A stretch of DNA of 64,000 bases from an uncultured virus (IMG/VR IMGVR_UViG_3300037400_005412) (taxonomy: Duplodnaviria; Heunggongvirae; Uroviricota; Caudoviricetes). The stretch is taken from the IMG/VR virus record IMGVR_UViG_3300037400_005412; one strand, written 5' to 3'. This document shows positions 42,931 to 54,975 of the stretch, one piece after another. Position 1 is the first letter of the stretch. Each line of letters begins with the position of its first letter. The notes under the pieces are model-generated. The model was not told the DNA's origin and made no database searches. It saw nothing but the letters and a program-made list of their open reading frames with translations. The translations under genes were made by a program, and so were the position numbers.

Positions 42931-43213
42931 TTATTAAATTAATACACTCAAAAATAGTTTTACGATAAATGCTAAATTCAATATCTTCAACTACACGTAA
43001 TCCTTCTAATTTAGAAAGAAGCTATAAAAAATGCGAGTCATGGAGAAAAATTTCATCCTTGCCCGCAATATCTATAATAACAGTATTTAATTGTTTATTC
43101 CAGTCTTCTCCATTCTCCCACATTGGAATCATTTTCCAGAGTTGATTGGTTAAACGTAATATTTCTTGCTTCATCTCTTCATTAGAAAAAACTAAATTAT
43201 ATTTATTATTCAT
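42917..43213 (-). CDS. Hypothetical neck-region protein (TAG=Gln)
   Basis: 43022-43213 extends through TAG (LLSKLEGL...YRKTIFECINL) to TAA at 42917. Confidence 0.65.
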
Positions 43214-43797
43214 TAATAATAAACTCCATGCCCAACAGCATCAGACCAGTTAGACATATATATCTTATCTTCGTGGTTTATTTTTCTACGCTTATATAAT
43301 CTCTACATGTGGTGAGACTATCTTCGGCATTCAGTTAATAAACCCATTAATTTCTATAAATGGTTTGCTTGTGAGGTCATTTTAAAATCTGACCCACTAT
43401 ATTTCATACGTGTATTTTCAATTGAAGTTACTTGGCGCTAAAGCCATCCATTCATCATTAATATAGCAAGAATATTTATTTCTTCTGAATTTAGATCTCC
43501 AGCAAAAAAAGATTTCTCAACTACTACTAATGGGGCCTATTCAAAATCATTATCTTCAATAGTATCATCCCATAATAATCCTATAATGAATTCATCTTCA
43601 GTGACCTAATCTTCTGGTTTAATTTCCTAATTAATAGAATAATCATAGAGATTACATCTAGGAAATTCAAAACCAGGAATAGCATCAATTAAGAGATTTC
43701 TAAGATCTTTAATAGTATCTTCTGGAGTTAATTCAACATACATATCATCAGTAATTTTTCCAAGAAAGCGATTGTAGATATCAGTAAAATGTGTCAT
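43213..43797 (-). CDS. Putative head-tail adaptor (TAG=Gln)
   Basis: MTHFTDIYNRFLGKITDDMY...DFKMTSQANHL; GGAGG RBS; function from gene order. Confidence 0.65.
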
Positions 43798-43829
43798 TTT
43801 ACACGAGTCGCCTCCTCGTTTATAAACTA

Positions 43830-44375
43830 TTATTTCTTTTCAATGACCTTATAGTTAGTATTTGTTCTTCTACCGTTAGTAGGTGTTTCAATAGAAGCTT
43901 TTAACTTTTCTTCTTCTTTCTTATCTGGTTCCATACCAGAATTTTCAATAGCTTTATCAACACTAAAACCAGTTTTTGCTTCAAGAGCTTTGCGTTTCTC
44001 ATAATCTGTCAAAGGCAAAGAAACAGCATATTGCTTAACTAACTCAATTACGCCAATAGGAGCAAAATCAAGACAATCAAGAAAAGCTTCTAAGCTACCT
44101 GTCTTTAATAATTCAATAATCTATTGTTCAGACATATTATATTCAGGCTCAGTCTTTATACCTAAAGATTGTAAAACACCTTCACTTTGAATCTGTAAAA
44201 AATTCGCCATAAGTTCACGACCACCAGATGTATAACTTAAATGCATTAATTCTTCATATGAAATACGTTTAGTCTCACCTGGGGCAAAACGTCTATTTAT
44301 ATTATCTTCTGGAATATTATATAAAACAACCCCAGCACTACGATTTTTAACATTATAATAATAAGTTTGCGCCAT
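43830..44375 (-). CDS. Hypothetical protein downstream of capsid gene (one TAG)
   Basis: 44121-44375 and 43830-44018 join through one TAG: SEQ(TAG)IIELLKTGSLEAFLDCLDFAP. Confidence 0.75.
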
Positions 44376-44401
44376 TTTAAAATCTCCTTTATCTCATAAC
44401 A

Positions 44402-44440
44402 TAAAATAGGGGAGTGGGAGATATTCTCCCTCTCCCCTAA
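44402..44440 (-). terminator. Intrinsic terminator after capsid gene
   Basis: TAGGGGAGTGGGAGA / TCTCCCTCTCCCCTA stem followed by TTTT. Confidence 0.75.
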
Positions 44441-44470
44441 GTTTAAATATATATTAAATTAAATTACCAA

Positions 44471-45661
44471 TTAAGGATTGGTATTTCCACTTTGATTGCC
44501 ACTATTTCCACCAGATGGAGCAGGATCAGTAGCAGGAGTGCCATCCTCATTAAGGGCTCCATCAAGACGTCCATCATAAGTAATAACATTACCAGTGATA
44601 CTATCAAAATGCCAGGTATCCATCTAACCCATAAGAGAAGTATCAACGTAGCAGCAAATATCATTTGTTAACATAGCAACTACGCCAACCTTACGGTATA
44701 CATGAATTTCAGATGACCAATCGCCACGATTATCAAGATCCTTAACAAGAGTATTGCCTTCAAAAGCAATCTTTACAGGCTTACTATTAGCACCAGATGG
44801 GATAATCCAACAATAGCCTGGATCAATAACCTTACGTTCATGAGTTTCATCTTCAAAACCTTGATCAAGAATAGTAACAGTACGTCCTTTATAGTCAACA
44901 AGACGACCATTCTTCCAAAGTTGGTCTTTCATATTTTCAGTATAACGCCATGCTTCCTTAGGAATCATATTTACAGCAAACTCATAAGTACAGTAAATAG
45001 CAGGATTACCATAAGCACTAGCAATATTTAAAAGACGATCAAACTCAGCTTCATTAAATCCATTAGAAGCCACACGGTTTGCTGGAGGAAGTTGATTGAT
45101 AGAAGCCTTAAGAGCATGAGCAACTTCTTTAGCAATGAGTTCTTCCATACCCTCATAAATAATTTGAGTAACTTGTGCAAAATCAACACGACCATCAAGG
45201 AACTCCTCTAAACCAATTTGAGCAGCTCCGCCAATAGCGCTTGTACGAACTTCAAAACTCTCTTCTGCCTTACCAAGTTTAAAAACTTCATAAACACCAG
45301 CAAGACCAACACGAGTTACGAATTGCTTTGCACGACTATTAGAAAGATTAAGCTTACGAGTAAATCTTGGCTTATCGCCTTGAGCAAAACTTCTAACTTC
45401 AGCAAATTGCATATAAGTTTCAGTTACTTTCTTAGGAAGAACTTCATCAAGAGTTTCTTCGATAAGACTAAAGATCATATTTTTATTATTACGATAATCT
45501 GCATTACTCTTGCAGAGACTATTGAGCTCTTCACGGAGGGCTTCATTAATAGCTTCGCCACTAAGGTTTTGTCCATTGTAACTATAAGAAACAGGAGCAG
45601 AGGAATTATTAGCCTTTGTAGCGGCCTTCATTAATTGAAGTAATTCTTTATATTCTAACAT
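44471..45661 (-). CDS. Major capsid protein (single TAG at 44624-44626; 396 aa if read through)
   Basis: 345-aa ORF after scaffold and decoration genes with biased, highly-expressed codon usage; readthrough adds MDTWHFDSITG...NTNP and ends just before the terminator. Confidence 0.8.
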
Positions 45662-45682
45662 CTTTCTTCTTCTCCTTTCTTA

Positions 45683-46489
45683 TTATTGAATACGCATAAT
45701 CTTTACGCCGGGTTGATGATCAGGCATTGTATAAACTTTAACAACTTGCCATACCATACCAGTAGCAGGCTTGGTAGTTTTCTTCTCAAGGATACCTTTT
45801 GCGCCAGGAACTAAAAAGTCCTTAAGAGCAACAGACTCATCCTTAATCATATTAGTGGTAATAATGTCACCAACATTAGTCTTAATAAGACGTGGAACCA
45901 TTGTAGTGCCTTCTGGCATCATAGCTTCTTTATAAAGAGATTCAATATGGAATGGATCCTCATTATAATGGATATCATACATGTCAGGAGCAGCAGTTAC
46001 ATCATCTACAGGGAATGACTTTGCATTATCTCCTTCACCAAAAGTAACTTTACCATTAGAAAAAGTAATAGAACCATCTTTAGCATCGACACCATTACCA
46101 TTGTAGTAACGAGACTGCTTATCCCAAACAGTATCAGGATTACCATTTACATCAGAACCAAATGGACTATAAACACGAGCTTGATAATTATCCTTAATCA
46201 TAGCAAACTCTGCATCTACTTGTCCATCACGATAAAGTTTAATTTCATTCCAAACGAGCATCCACTCGCCAGGACCGTCAAAATCAACAACACCATCAGC
46301 ATAATTATATTTTGCGAATTGACCATTTTCTAAGACATTAATATCAGCCTTAGCAGGGAGTTGAGCATAAACTTCTTTAGTTGCTTGTGCGGAAAGATGA
46401 TTTGGCTCAACCTGGCCATAGCCATAGCCGTTCTTTACAATAAAACCAGCTTGACTTGTAATATTCTTTTTTAAGAAATCACTAAGCAT
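45683..46489 (-). CDS. Putative capsid decoration/auxiliary head protein
   Basis: Intact 268-aa ORF (GYGQVEPNHLSAQ...) between scaffold and capsid genes; no TAG. Confidence 0.65.
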   Translation of the reverse strand: MLSDFLKKNITSQAGFIVKNGYGYGQVEPNHLSAQATKEVYAQLPAKADINVLENGQFAKYNYADGVVDFDGPGEWMLVWNEIKLYRDGQVDAEFAMIKDNYQARVYSPFGSDVNGNPDTVWDKQSRYYNGNGVDAKDGSITFSNGKVTFGEGDNAKSFPVDDVTAAPDMYDIHYNEDPFHIESLYKEAMMPEGTTMVPRLIKTNVGDIITTNMIKDESVALKDFLVPGAKGILEKKTTKPATGMVWQVVKVYTMPDHQPGVKIMRIQ

Positions 46490-46508
46490 TTTCTAATATC
46501 CTCCTCAA

Positions 46509-48128
46509 TTAAAGATTCTTTTCTTCTTGGATTTCAAATGCGCGCTTCATCCAGGCAGGAGCATCTGCAAATTTGTCTTCAACACTTTCGATATTGAAGG
46601 TAGTAACTTGCGCTTCTTCTTTCTCTTCAGCTAAATTAAAATTAACTTTATTACGCACGCAAAATACAGAAAGTTCTTTTTCTATATCATCATAAGAATA
46701 CTTGTCAATATTATCCTTGTATTCTTTCTTTACATCATCAGAAAGCATAAAGAAAGTTTCAGAAAGTAACTTTTCTTTCTTCTCTCTGTCAATGTCATTT
46801 TTAAAACTAACAAGGGTATCTCTTTCAGCTGTAATAGCTTCAAGTGATTTTTGTAATTCTTGCATCTAATTTTCTAATGTAGAATATTTAACTAATAATT
46901 CTTGATATTCAACAATATCATCTAAATTATATTCTACAGGATTTGATTCACCATTATTGCTTGCTGGCTCTACGACAGCAGGAGCAGGATCTTCAACCAC
47001 AGCAGTTACCTCAACGGCAGGGGCAGGCTCTTCAACAGCGGCAGGAGTCTCTTCAACAACTGGAGCTGGTTCCTCTACCACAGGCTGCTCTACTACGGCA
47101 TTATCTTCTGGCTTCTCTACTTTGCTTTCCATAAACTTTGCCTCATATGCTTTTACATCATCAAAAGCAAATTGAGCTGGGGAACCAGCAGGCTTAAAAT
47201 CTAAGGAAACTTTTACAAGAGAATCTGCTGGCTTAAAGCCATCAGTTTCAGTAAGAGAGAAATCTAAGCGATAATAAGTGAGGTCTTTACGATCTTGAAG
47301 AATGGCGAACTTTTGGGTTCCTTCTTCATAGATACCTTCAATCATATAAGTTAAATCGCCAGAACCGGCTGGACGATGTTCCCACATATAGTCATAAATG
47401 GCATCCCAAAGACGGCCACCAATTTCAACAGCATAAGTATTAAACACTGGTGTTCCTCCTTCATTACTTAAAATTTCTTGCATTTTTTCCATTAAGGAAT
47501 ATAGCTTAACTTTAAAATCATCTTCAAAAGAAAACTATACTTTTGTAATAGATGCCCCCTCAAAACAAGGTTCAACTTCTTCTCCTAAAATACAAAGTTT
47601 AGACATTATTGCTTCATTAATAATAAAAAACTAAGGCTTTCCATTATTATCTTTTGTCCAATAGGCATCAATTAATTTATCATCAAGTTCCATAGACTAA
47701 TTATTTCCTTCATCTATGATTCTCTATGATTCTGGATACTAGCCTGTCCAAATATAACCTTCAGTCATCATATATTCATGAGGAACCCCATCATCTTCAA
47801 ACCACTAAAACCATACTTTAGCATCTGTTGGTACAAAGCCATATGGGCGAGTTGTATCTTTAATTTTAAATTGACCATTTGAAATATCAATTGTTCTATT
47901 ATGTTCCTCAAAATCGCCTGTATTTTCATTATAAAAACCAACAATAGGACAACCTGGAATACTTGGAGCAATCTTTTTTGCTGTCTCTTTTGTAATAATA
48001 CTTCTATTACGATTAGGAGTATCTCCTACATAGCAAATTTTTATCTAACATTTTGAAATAAGAGGATTAACAGGATTCATTTCAACTATCTCTATTGGCA
48101 TATCCTCCATATTGATACTCATATGCAT
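46509..48128 (-). CDS. Prohead protease / scaffold fusion (TAG=Gln)
   Basis: MHMSINMED...ISKC(TAG)IKICYVG..NRNRSIITKE...LCILGEEVEPCFEGASI, then acidic PAVEE repeats and coiled coil; joins 46866-47492 and 46509-46865. Confidence 0.75.
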
Positions 48129-48146
48129 CTCTTACTAATCCTCCTT

Positions 48147-49814
48147 TCAAGATTGAGATTCTAAATTTTTAATTGTTTTTTCTGATTTTTCACTATCAGG
48201 TTTTTCTGGTCTACCACCAGTACTTTCTGATGTATTCTAAGAATTTGAATTCTTTCTTTGACTTCTTGTGTCCAAAATAGTTTGTCCATTCATTGTTGAA
48301 CTTAACAATGGAGGAATCATAATGCTTGGTAAATCAAGAATTTCATTTTCAAAGTAAGCAAGATTAAGAACAGAACTTTGTGAATGTCCAAGAGCAATCA
48401 TTGGCAAAAACTTTGATTGACCATTGGCGGTTAATTCACGATATGTTTTAGCTAGATCTTTATAGTTATACTATGTAGTTTCTAGCATTACAAATCTAAA
48501 ATTAAATTTCTTACTCTAATTCTTTTTCTCTATTATTTTATCAAAAAATATTGAAAATTGCAAGAGTAAATTGCGCACAGTTGACTCATCATCTAAAATT
48601 GATTTTTCTAATGCTAATTGTCCATCGGCATTAAAAATATTGCGCGATAAGCCTAAAGCATTATAAACACTACGTTCTACTTTCTCTAAATCATCCTAAG
48701 ATGTTGTAGTATTTTTATCACTAATATCAATTGCTTCAACATCAGCAAATGTTGTAATAACATCAACACCAATGGCACGACTTAACATAGCGACAATAGT
48801 ATTATGAATATCCCTTGCTTCATCTACATCAAAAATTAAATCGCCATTTTTATCCATAGGCAATTTCTAAACTAATATTTTTAATAATTTCTACATTTGC
48901 TTTTTGCGGTCTAATTCTTGCGCCGCATCTAAATCTAATATAGCAGGTAGTGCGTTAAAAAATACTGGAATATCGCTACCATTTAAATTAAATTTAATTG
49001 TACTACCAGGATTAAGTAAATACCATCCAGTTCTACGTTTTATATATCCAGGTCCATATGTTGCAAAATTATCTTCTGAAATTAATTTTCCTTGTTTATA
49101 TAAAGCATATCCTTTAGCAAATTCTTCTGGAAATAGTTTTAATACTTTTAACCTATAGTTTAAATCACTAAATTGTTCATCAAAAAAAGCCATATTAAAT
49201 TCTATAGCAGGACTTCCTCCAACTGAATATATTGAACGACAATACTCATATGGAAGTTCTTGTAATTGAGCGCCTTTTGAACTGTCTATAATATATCCAT
49301 AATAAGCACCATACTTAATTACTTTTAAAGCAATATCTCCGCACATTTTTTTAATATATGTGCCATCAAGATAAGTAAGTAATTTAGTATATTCCTCAAT
49401 AACTTTTTCTGATTTAGCTGATTCTTTCACATTCTCTGGATATATATACCAATCATATCTATAAAGATAAGCAAAATAATTACAGACGGATTGATATATA
49501 CCACTTGCAGCATAAAAGAAATCTGAAATCAATTTTATTCTTTTATAGTCTCTTTTAACTATGGCATCCATGATTTCTTTTTTGTTACAGTAAGGAACAC
49601 GAGGTAATTTTAACGTTCCCAAATCAAGAATTGCATCTTCTAGCTATTTTACTCCAACTTTGATCTTCCCATATTCAGTGACCATTTGCTCTGGTATTTC
49701 ATCTGGTTTAGCATACCCAAAATCAAACAAATCAAAGCCTTTAGCGTGAATAGCCTATTGTCTTTGCTCTGTTGGATGTATTGGACTTTCAGACTATTTT
49801 TTTTGTTCATCCAA
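48147..49814 (-). CDS. Portal protein (TAG=Gln)
   Basis: TTG start with AGGAGG RBS, in frame with 48891-49622; C-terminal GGRPEKPDSEKSEKTIKNLES; between terminase and protease. Confidence 0.8.
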
Positions 49815-49827
49815 AGTTATGTCCTCC

Positions 49828-50184
49828 TTAATAACCAGCTTTTTTCATTATATAGTCATAACTAATTAAATTTTCTTCAGTATATGGTATTTCTATTAGT
49901 TTAAAACCCTATAATGCACAGAAACGTCTTTTCTTATTATCATTATATTGCTATTGATAAAATCCTTTTTTTCCACCAAATTTAGAACTTGGTTCATAAT
50001 GTTGTCTTCCCTAATATTCAATAATGAAATCAATTTTACCATCATCATCAAATACTACAAAATCAAATCGGAGAGGTCTACCATTTGAGCTGCGCAAATC
50101 AGGAAAGATATATTCTTCTTCGTAATTTAATCCCGCTTCTTCCAAGATTTCTTCTATTGCTATTTCTCCTCTTGAGCTTCTCAT
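49828..50184 (-). CDS. PD-(D/E)XK / Vsr-like small endonuclease (TAG=Gln)
   Basis: SRGEIAIEEIL...LRFDFVV...IIEY(TAG)GRQHY...NDNKKRRFC..LIEIPY. Confidence 0.8.
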
Positions 50185-50198
50185 TTTTTCACCTTCCT

Positions 50199-53100
50199 TT
50201 AAGACATAAACATCATATCAGAGACTTTAAATTTTTTCTTTTTCTTTTTATTATCTTCTTCAAATTTTATATATAATAATCCATATTCAGCAGCAGAAAA
50301 TTTATCTTTTTTAATTGACTTATTAGCTTGTTTTAAAATAATATTAATACCTTCATTTTCTTCTCTAAGATTTGACATTTCTTCCTTTAATATGGAAGTT
50401 AAAGTAAAAGGTTTTAAATATTCTGCCCTTTTTTCAGGACTCATTTTTTGCCCTGCTTTAGTTCCCAATAATTTTGCTTTAGCAACTCTTTCATCAATTA
50501 ATAATTTAATTTTACCAGCATTAAGCATTGTCTGAAAATTAGCATGGGCTTCTGTATTTACAGGGGCATTTGCTTTCATCAAATACATAGCATCTTCTTC
50601 TGTATCTGGTGTTCTATATTTTTTATATTCTTCTACAGCATCATCTTGTGTACCGCCATGAACTCCAAAATCAGGAAAATCATCTCCAGTAACTGGATCA
50701 TGCTAAGACTTTACCATATAATCAACTAATCCTATGCCTACAATATGTTCCATATAATTCGCTACATTATACGCGTTCTCTTATGAACTGCTCTATGTCG
50801 CCATAGATGTTCAGACTATATCTTCACCCATCTCTCCATGGGGCTTTCCACTTCGAGCATCAATCGCTTATGCCCTACTCCTAAATAGGATAGTCGTTGA
50901 ACTTTTAATTAAAATCAATACTTTCAGTTAAATATTTCCAATTTTGTTTTCTTTTTATAGCGCCAACAGTATCTTCGCAAATATTAAATTTATTAGCAAT
51001 TTGTTTTTGAGTATATTGTTTAGATAATAACATTTGAATAATTTCTAAAACATTTTCTTCGGTCAAATGAGTAGCATTATTATAACTACCTTTTTGATTT
51101 TTAAGTCCAATCTTATAAGCATGTTTATTATTTTCACTACTTGTACACCATTCTAAATTTGATAAATTATTATTTAACTTATTCCCATCTATATGATTTA
51201 CTTGTAAATTTTCCATATTTTTAACTGGATTAAAATTTTCCAAAATTAATCTATGAACAGAATAACGATGTCTTTTTCCATCATCTGACATCATCTAGAC
51301 TTTTGCGTAACCATCTTTGTCTAACTACCAACTTAATATTTTATTACTTCTTGCGCTATAAATAGAACCGTCTTCTCTAGCATAATAATCATAAATCAAA
51401 TTATATTTACAATGTGTAATTTTAACTGTATTCATATTTAGCCTCCTATAAAAGCTTTAAAATTTTAATTACTTAGCTGCTGATTGTCTTCTACTTTAGA
51501 AGATTTCCCAGCAATTCAAAAAGTTTTAAATGAGCTAGTATTATTAACCCATTGGCGTCTATTACAATACGTCTTGCTTTATATTTATAATATAGTCTTT
51601 TTAATTTAATAGCCTAATCTTCAAAATGAGCATCACTCATTGTATAAATATTTACTAATGATTTAATAGCTGGACCAACGCTCTATGGAGTAACTTTCCA
51701 TACGCAAATAACGCTATCACATCCTTTTCTACCTACATCAACAGAAAGAATATAATAACTTTTTAAAGATGCTCTACCAGAATGTTCATACTCTGGCTAA
51801 TTAATAACTCTATGTTTATCAAAAGTCTCTCCATCAAAGAAAGCATTTTCAGTTGTTCCAGACCATTTACTTTCATACTCACGATCAAAAGATGCTTCAT
51901 TATATGTACCATCTCGCTATAAATCCTATAAAAATGTTCTATCTAACAATTTCATTAAAACAGGGACGCGCCAAGTGCCTCCCATAATAAAAGCCTTTTC
52001 AGGTTCTGTGACCATCCAGACTAAAAGCTATATCAATTTGTCATATGCAAAGGTGCCTTTCCAACCTGCTGTTGTGACGTATATCTAGCTTTTATTCAAT
52101 GTTTCTTCTGGATGTGACTAGCCATCCATTGCTAATCTAGAAACATTCATTGTAGGAATGATAACTTCTGAAAGAATTTGACCATCAACGCCAACACATT
52201 CTTCTATTAGCCCGCCATGGCGACGTTTACCACGAGATTTTTCTGTCGCCGCTATATTATCAAAATAAGAACCATTTTTAAACATAAAAATACAATAGTC
52301 TTTACTAATTCTAGTTTTCCCAGGTCGTCTATCTAATTCTTTATTTAAGGCTGGAACAAGGACGCATAATTCATCAACTTTTTCTTTAATAATGCCAGCT
52401 GATTGCTCTTTACCTCCAGATGTAACGAATAACTTTGCTCGTGGATATAAAATGCATCTTATCATTAAAACAAGAACTGATAAGAATGATTTAGAATATG
52501 CCAATTATCTTCTATATAAGACGCTACTCTTATATACGTTCTCTTATGAACTGCTCTATATTTCTATAGAAGTTGAGACTATATCTTCATCCTTAATAAA
52601 TATAAGGAGTCTACCTTTTCCACTATCAAACACTTATAGTGTACTCTCTTATGAGATAGTCGTTGAACTTTTTTTATTATTAAAAGTTTTTCTTTCCTAT
52701 TTTCCTAAAGAAGTTGTTATATCCTAAGTAAGATATTTCCAAGTTTCTTTACGTCGAATTCTAGCTACAAAAGTTTTAGCATTTGTATTTGTTATTTCAG
52801 CAATTTCTTTATCAGTATATAAATTTGTTTTTAATAATTCAATGACTTTTAAAGCATCCTATTCGGTATAATGATGTAAATTGCTTTTGTTCCCTTCGAT
52901 ATTTTTAGCAGAAGCTAAATTATTTTTCCAAGCATGAATGATATTTTCTTTTGCTGTTACCCATTCAAGATTATTTAAATTATTATTTTGTTTATTTCCA
53001 TCTTTATGATTAACCTATAAATTATCCATATTTGGAACTGGATTAAATGCCATCATTTTAATTCTATGAAATGGTAGATATGTTGTTCCTCCACCTACTT

Positions 53101-53620
53101 TCATTAATGACACCATAATATATCCATCTTTAGCCTATATTTTACTTAAAATATTTCCAGTATTTTTATTGATTATTTCATCCTAGTCTGTAATTACATA
53201 ACAAGACTTTACAGAAGGATAAAGCTCACAAATTTGCTTTTCCATAATTATATCTCCTTTTAATAATAAAACTTAGCTGCTGATTGCCCTCGCCTTGACG
53301 TTAGGGGGTTCCAGCAATTAAATAGATTCTTTAATAATGTTACCATTATTACCCGCCCATATTTAACGGGGAAATACCATATATACATATTTATAACGCA
53401 TAGCCACGCGCAAAAAAACTCGCTAATAAAAGAAAAATTTTAATCCATCATCTGGTATTTTTCCATCCATTCCAGTCTGTAAAAAATCTATAAACATATC
53501 TGGATATTCTCGCCAATAACTGACATATTGTCTAATAACTGGTTTTAATGGTTCTATACGCTCTTCTGAAATTCCAATTTTCTTTTTAGAAGTTAAATCT
53601 AATAAATCTTTTAGTGCCAT
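50199..53620 (-). CDS. terL: Terminase large subunit, spliced: exons 53620-53366, 52501-51547, 50740-50199 (TAG=Gln)
   Basis: Spliced product FFY(TAG)RVFLR...VFPR/AYSKSF (Walker A region), RGKRRHGGLIEE (Walker B), YVTTAG, LSVDVGRKG, IVIDANG/LGIGLVD, KKDKFSAAEYG. Confidence 0.9.
50741..51546 (-). mobile_element. Group I intron 2 of terL (806 nt) with HNH ORF
   Basis: P1 AAUGGGU:GCUCAUU with U-G at the splice site; AAUUGCUGGGAA, AAUCAGCAGC, GUUCAACGACUA, GAAGAUAUAGUCUG; terminal G; removal restores the frame. Confidence 0.9.
50905..51435 (-). CDS. Intron-encoded HNH homing endonuclease (TAG=Gln)
   Basis: MNTVKIT...DKDGYAKV(TAG)M...VHRLILENF...LQVNHIDGNKLNNNLSNLEWCTSSENNKHA plus C-terminal HTH-like segment; GGAGG RBS. 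Confidence 0.9.
52502..53365 (-). mobile_element. Group I intron 1 of terL (864 nt) with HNH ORF
   Basis: P1 CCCGU:GCGGG; P10 AAUAUG:CAUAUU; same core elements as intron 2; terminal G. Confidence 0.9.
52649..53245 (-). CDS. Intron-encoded HNH homing endonuclease (TAG=Gln)
   Basis: MEKQICELY...FHRIKMMAF...NL(TAG)VNHKDGNKQNNNLNNLEWVTAKENIIHA; absent from the ORF track because of TAGs. Confidence 0.9.
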
Positions 53621-54858
53621 TAGATTTCCACCTCATCATTCTCTAATAAAGATTCAAGATATTCTTCGTCATCAGTTGTTTCTTCATCTACCATATTTGA
53701 TAACTAAGCAAAATCTTCATCATTAAGAAAAGCCTTTTCATCTTCATCAAATAGCTCAGATTCAAATGCATCATCATCACCAGCAGCATCAGCATCTTGC
53801 ATTGCTTCTTTTTCTTTATCGGCTTGAATTTGTCTGACTGCATTTTCAATAAGATTACCAAGATTCATTTCTTCTGTAACTAAAGTTCTAGTATATTTCT
53901 AGAAATCTTGAATAGTTCTATCAACTTTATCTTGAGGTCCATCTACATAGTAACGAGGGAAAAATCCATCTCTTTCGCACATAGCAATTAATTCTGATAC
54001 AGAATCAACTACATTGCCCGATTCTGTTTTATTTTGGGCCGCAGTAAATCTACCTGATTTCATAAGCATATCATACATTTTAATCATTTTCTATGCGCCA
54101 TCAACATCGCCCATATCTAATAACTAATCACTTTTTAACGAAGTTTTACAAATCTTCTTTAAAGTATCTATATGACCTGCTGTTTGAATATCATATGATT
54201 CCATCATATCGTTATAAAGTTTTTCTAATTGAACCCATTCTTCTGGTTTATACATTTTGCCCCATTTCATACGGAGCATTAATTTATCCTCATCAGTCAA
54301 TTCATCTGTGATAACACTATCATCAAAACCATTTACTTCATCAAAATAATCTGGTCCATTGTTATAAGTATAATCTGATTGAGGCGGTGGAGGAGGCGGC
54401 TGCAATTCTCCTTCTGGAATAGTGAATGTCGCTTTTTCAATTGCTTCTGTAATTTGCTGAGCATCATAGCCTTGACGCTTCATAGCCTATTCTATTTTAT
54501 TATTTGCTAATTCCTATAAAAACTCTGTATCTTTCCAGCGATATTCTTTCCATTGTTTTAATTTCATTTTAGAAAAATATCTTCCAATAATTGTAGTTCC
54601 AGTTACCTTGCTCTTGTCTTTACCATATGAAGCCAATAACTTATTCCATTCTTCTGGAATATATGGGACATCAACTTCTTGTAAAATCCAAAGATAAGTA
54701 TCTGGATTCCAATTATCAACATGCATTGTTATACATTTTTTACATTGATGAAGATATTTCTATGGATATTTTTCTATATTGTTTGATTGATAAAACTAAT
54801 CAACATTCATAGTTTTATTACATTTCTCACAATACATTTGTTCATTACTTTTCGGCAT
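53620..54858 (-). CDS. Zn-finger protein upstream of terL, candidate terminase small subunit (TAG=Gln)
   Basis: MPKSNEQMYCEKC...QCKKC; joins 54514-54726, 54124-54483, 53899-54087; TAA overlaps terL ATG. Confidence 0.7.
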
Positions 54859-54975
54859 CTCTATACCTCCTTTTATATTTTTTATAAAAGGCTTAATTCA
54901 GCTTTTTTAATTTGCCCAAAAAGTAAACTCCTTTATCTCATACGTGAAAAATTTACCAATTTTATAATAGATTAA

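Noticed and set aside
46940..47110. PAVEE-type repeats as a separate repeat element
   Set aside because: Low-complexity linker within the scaffold protein
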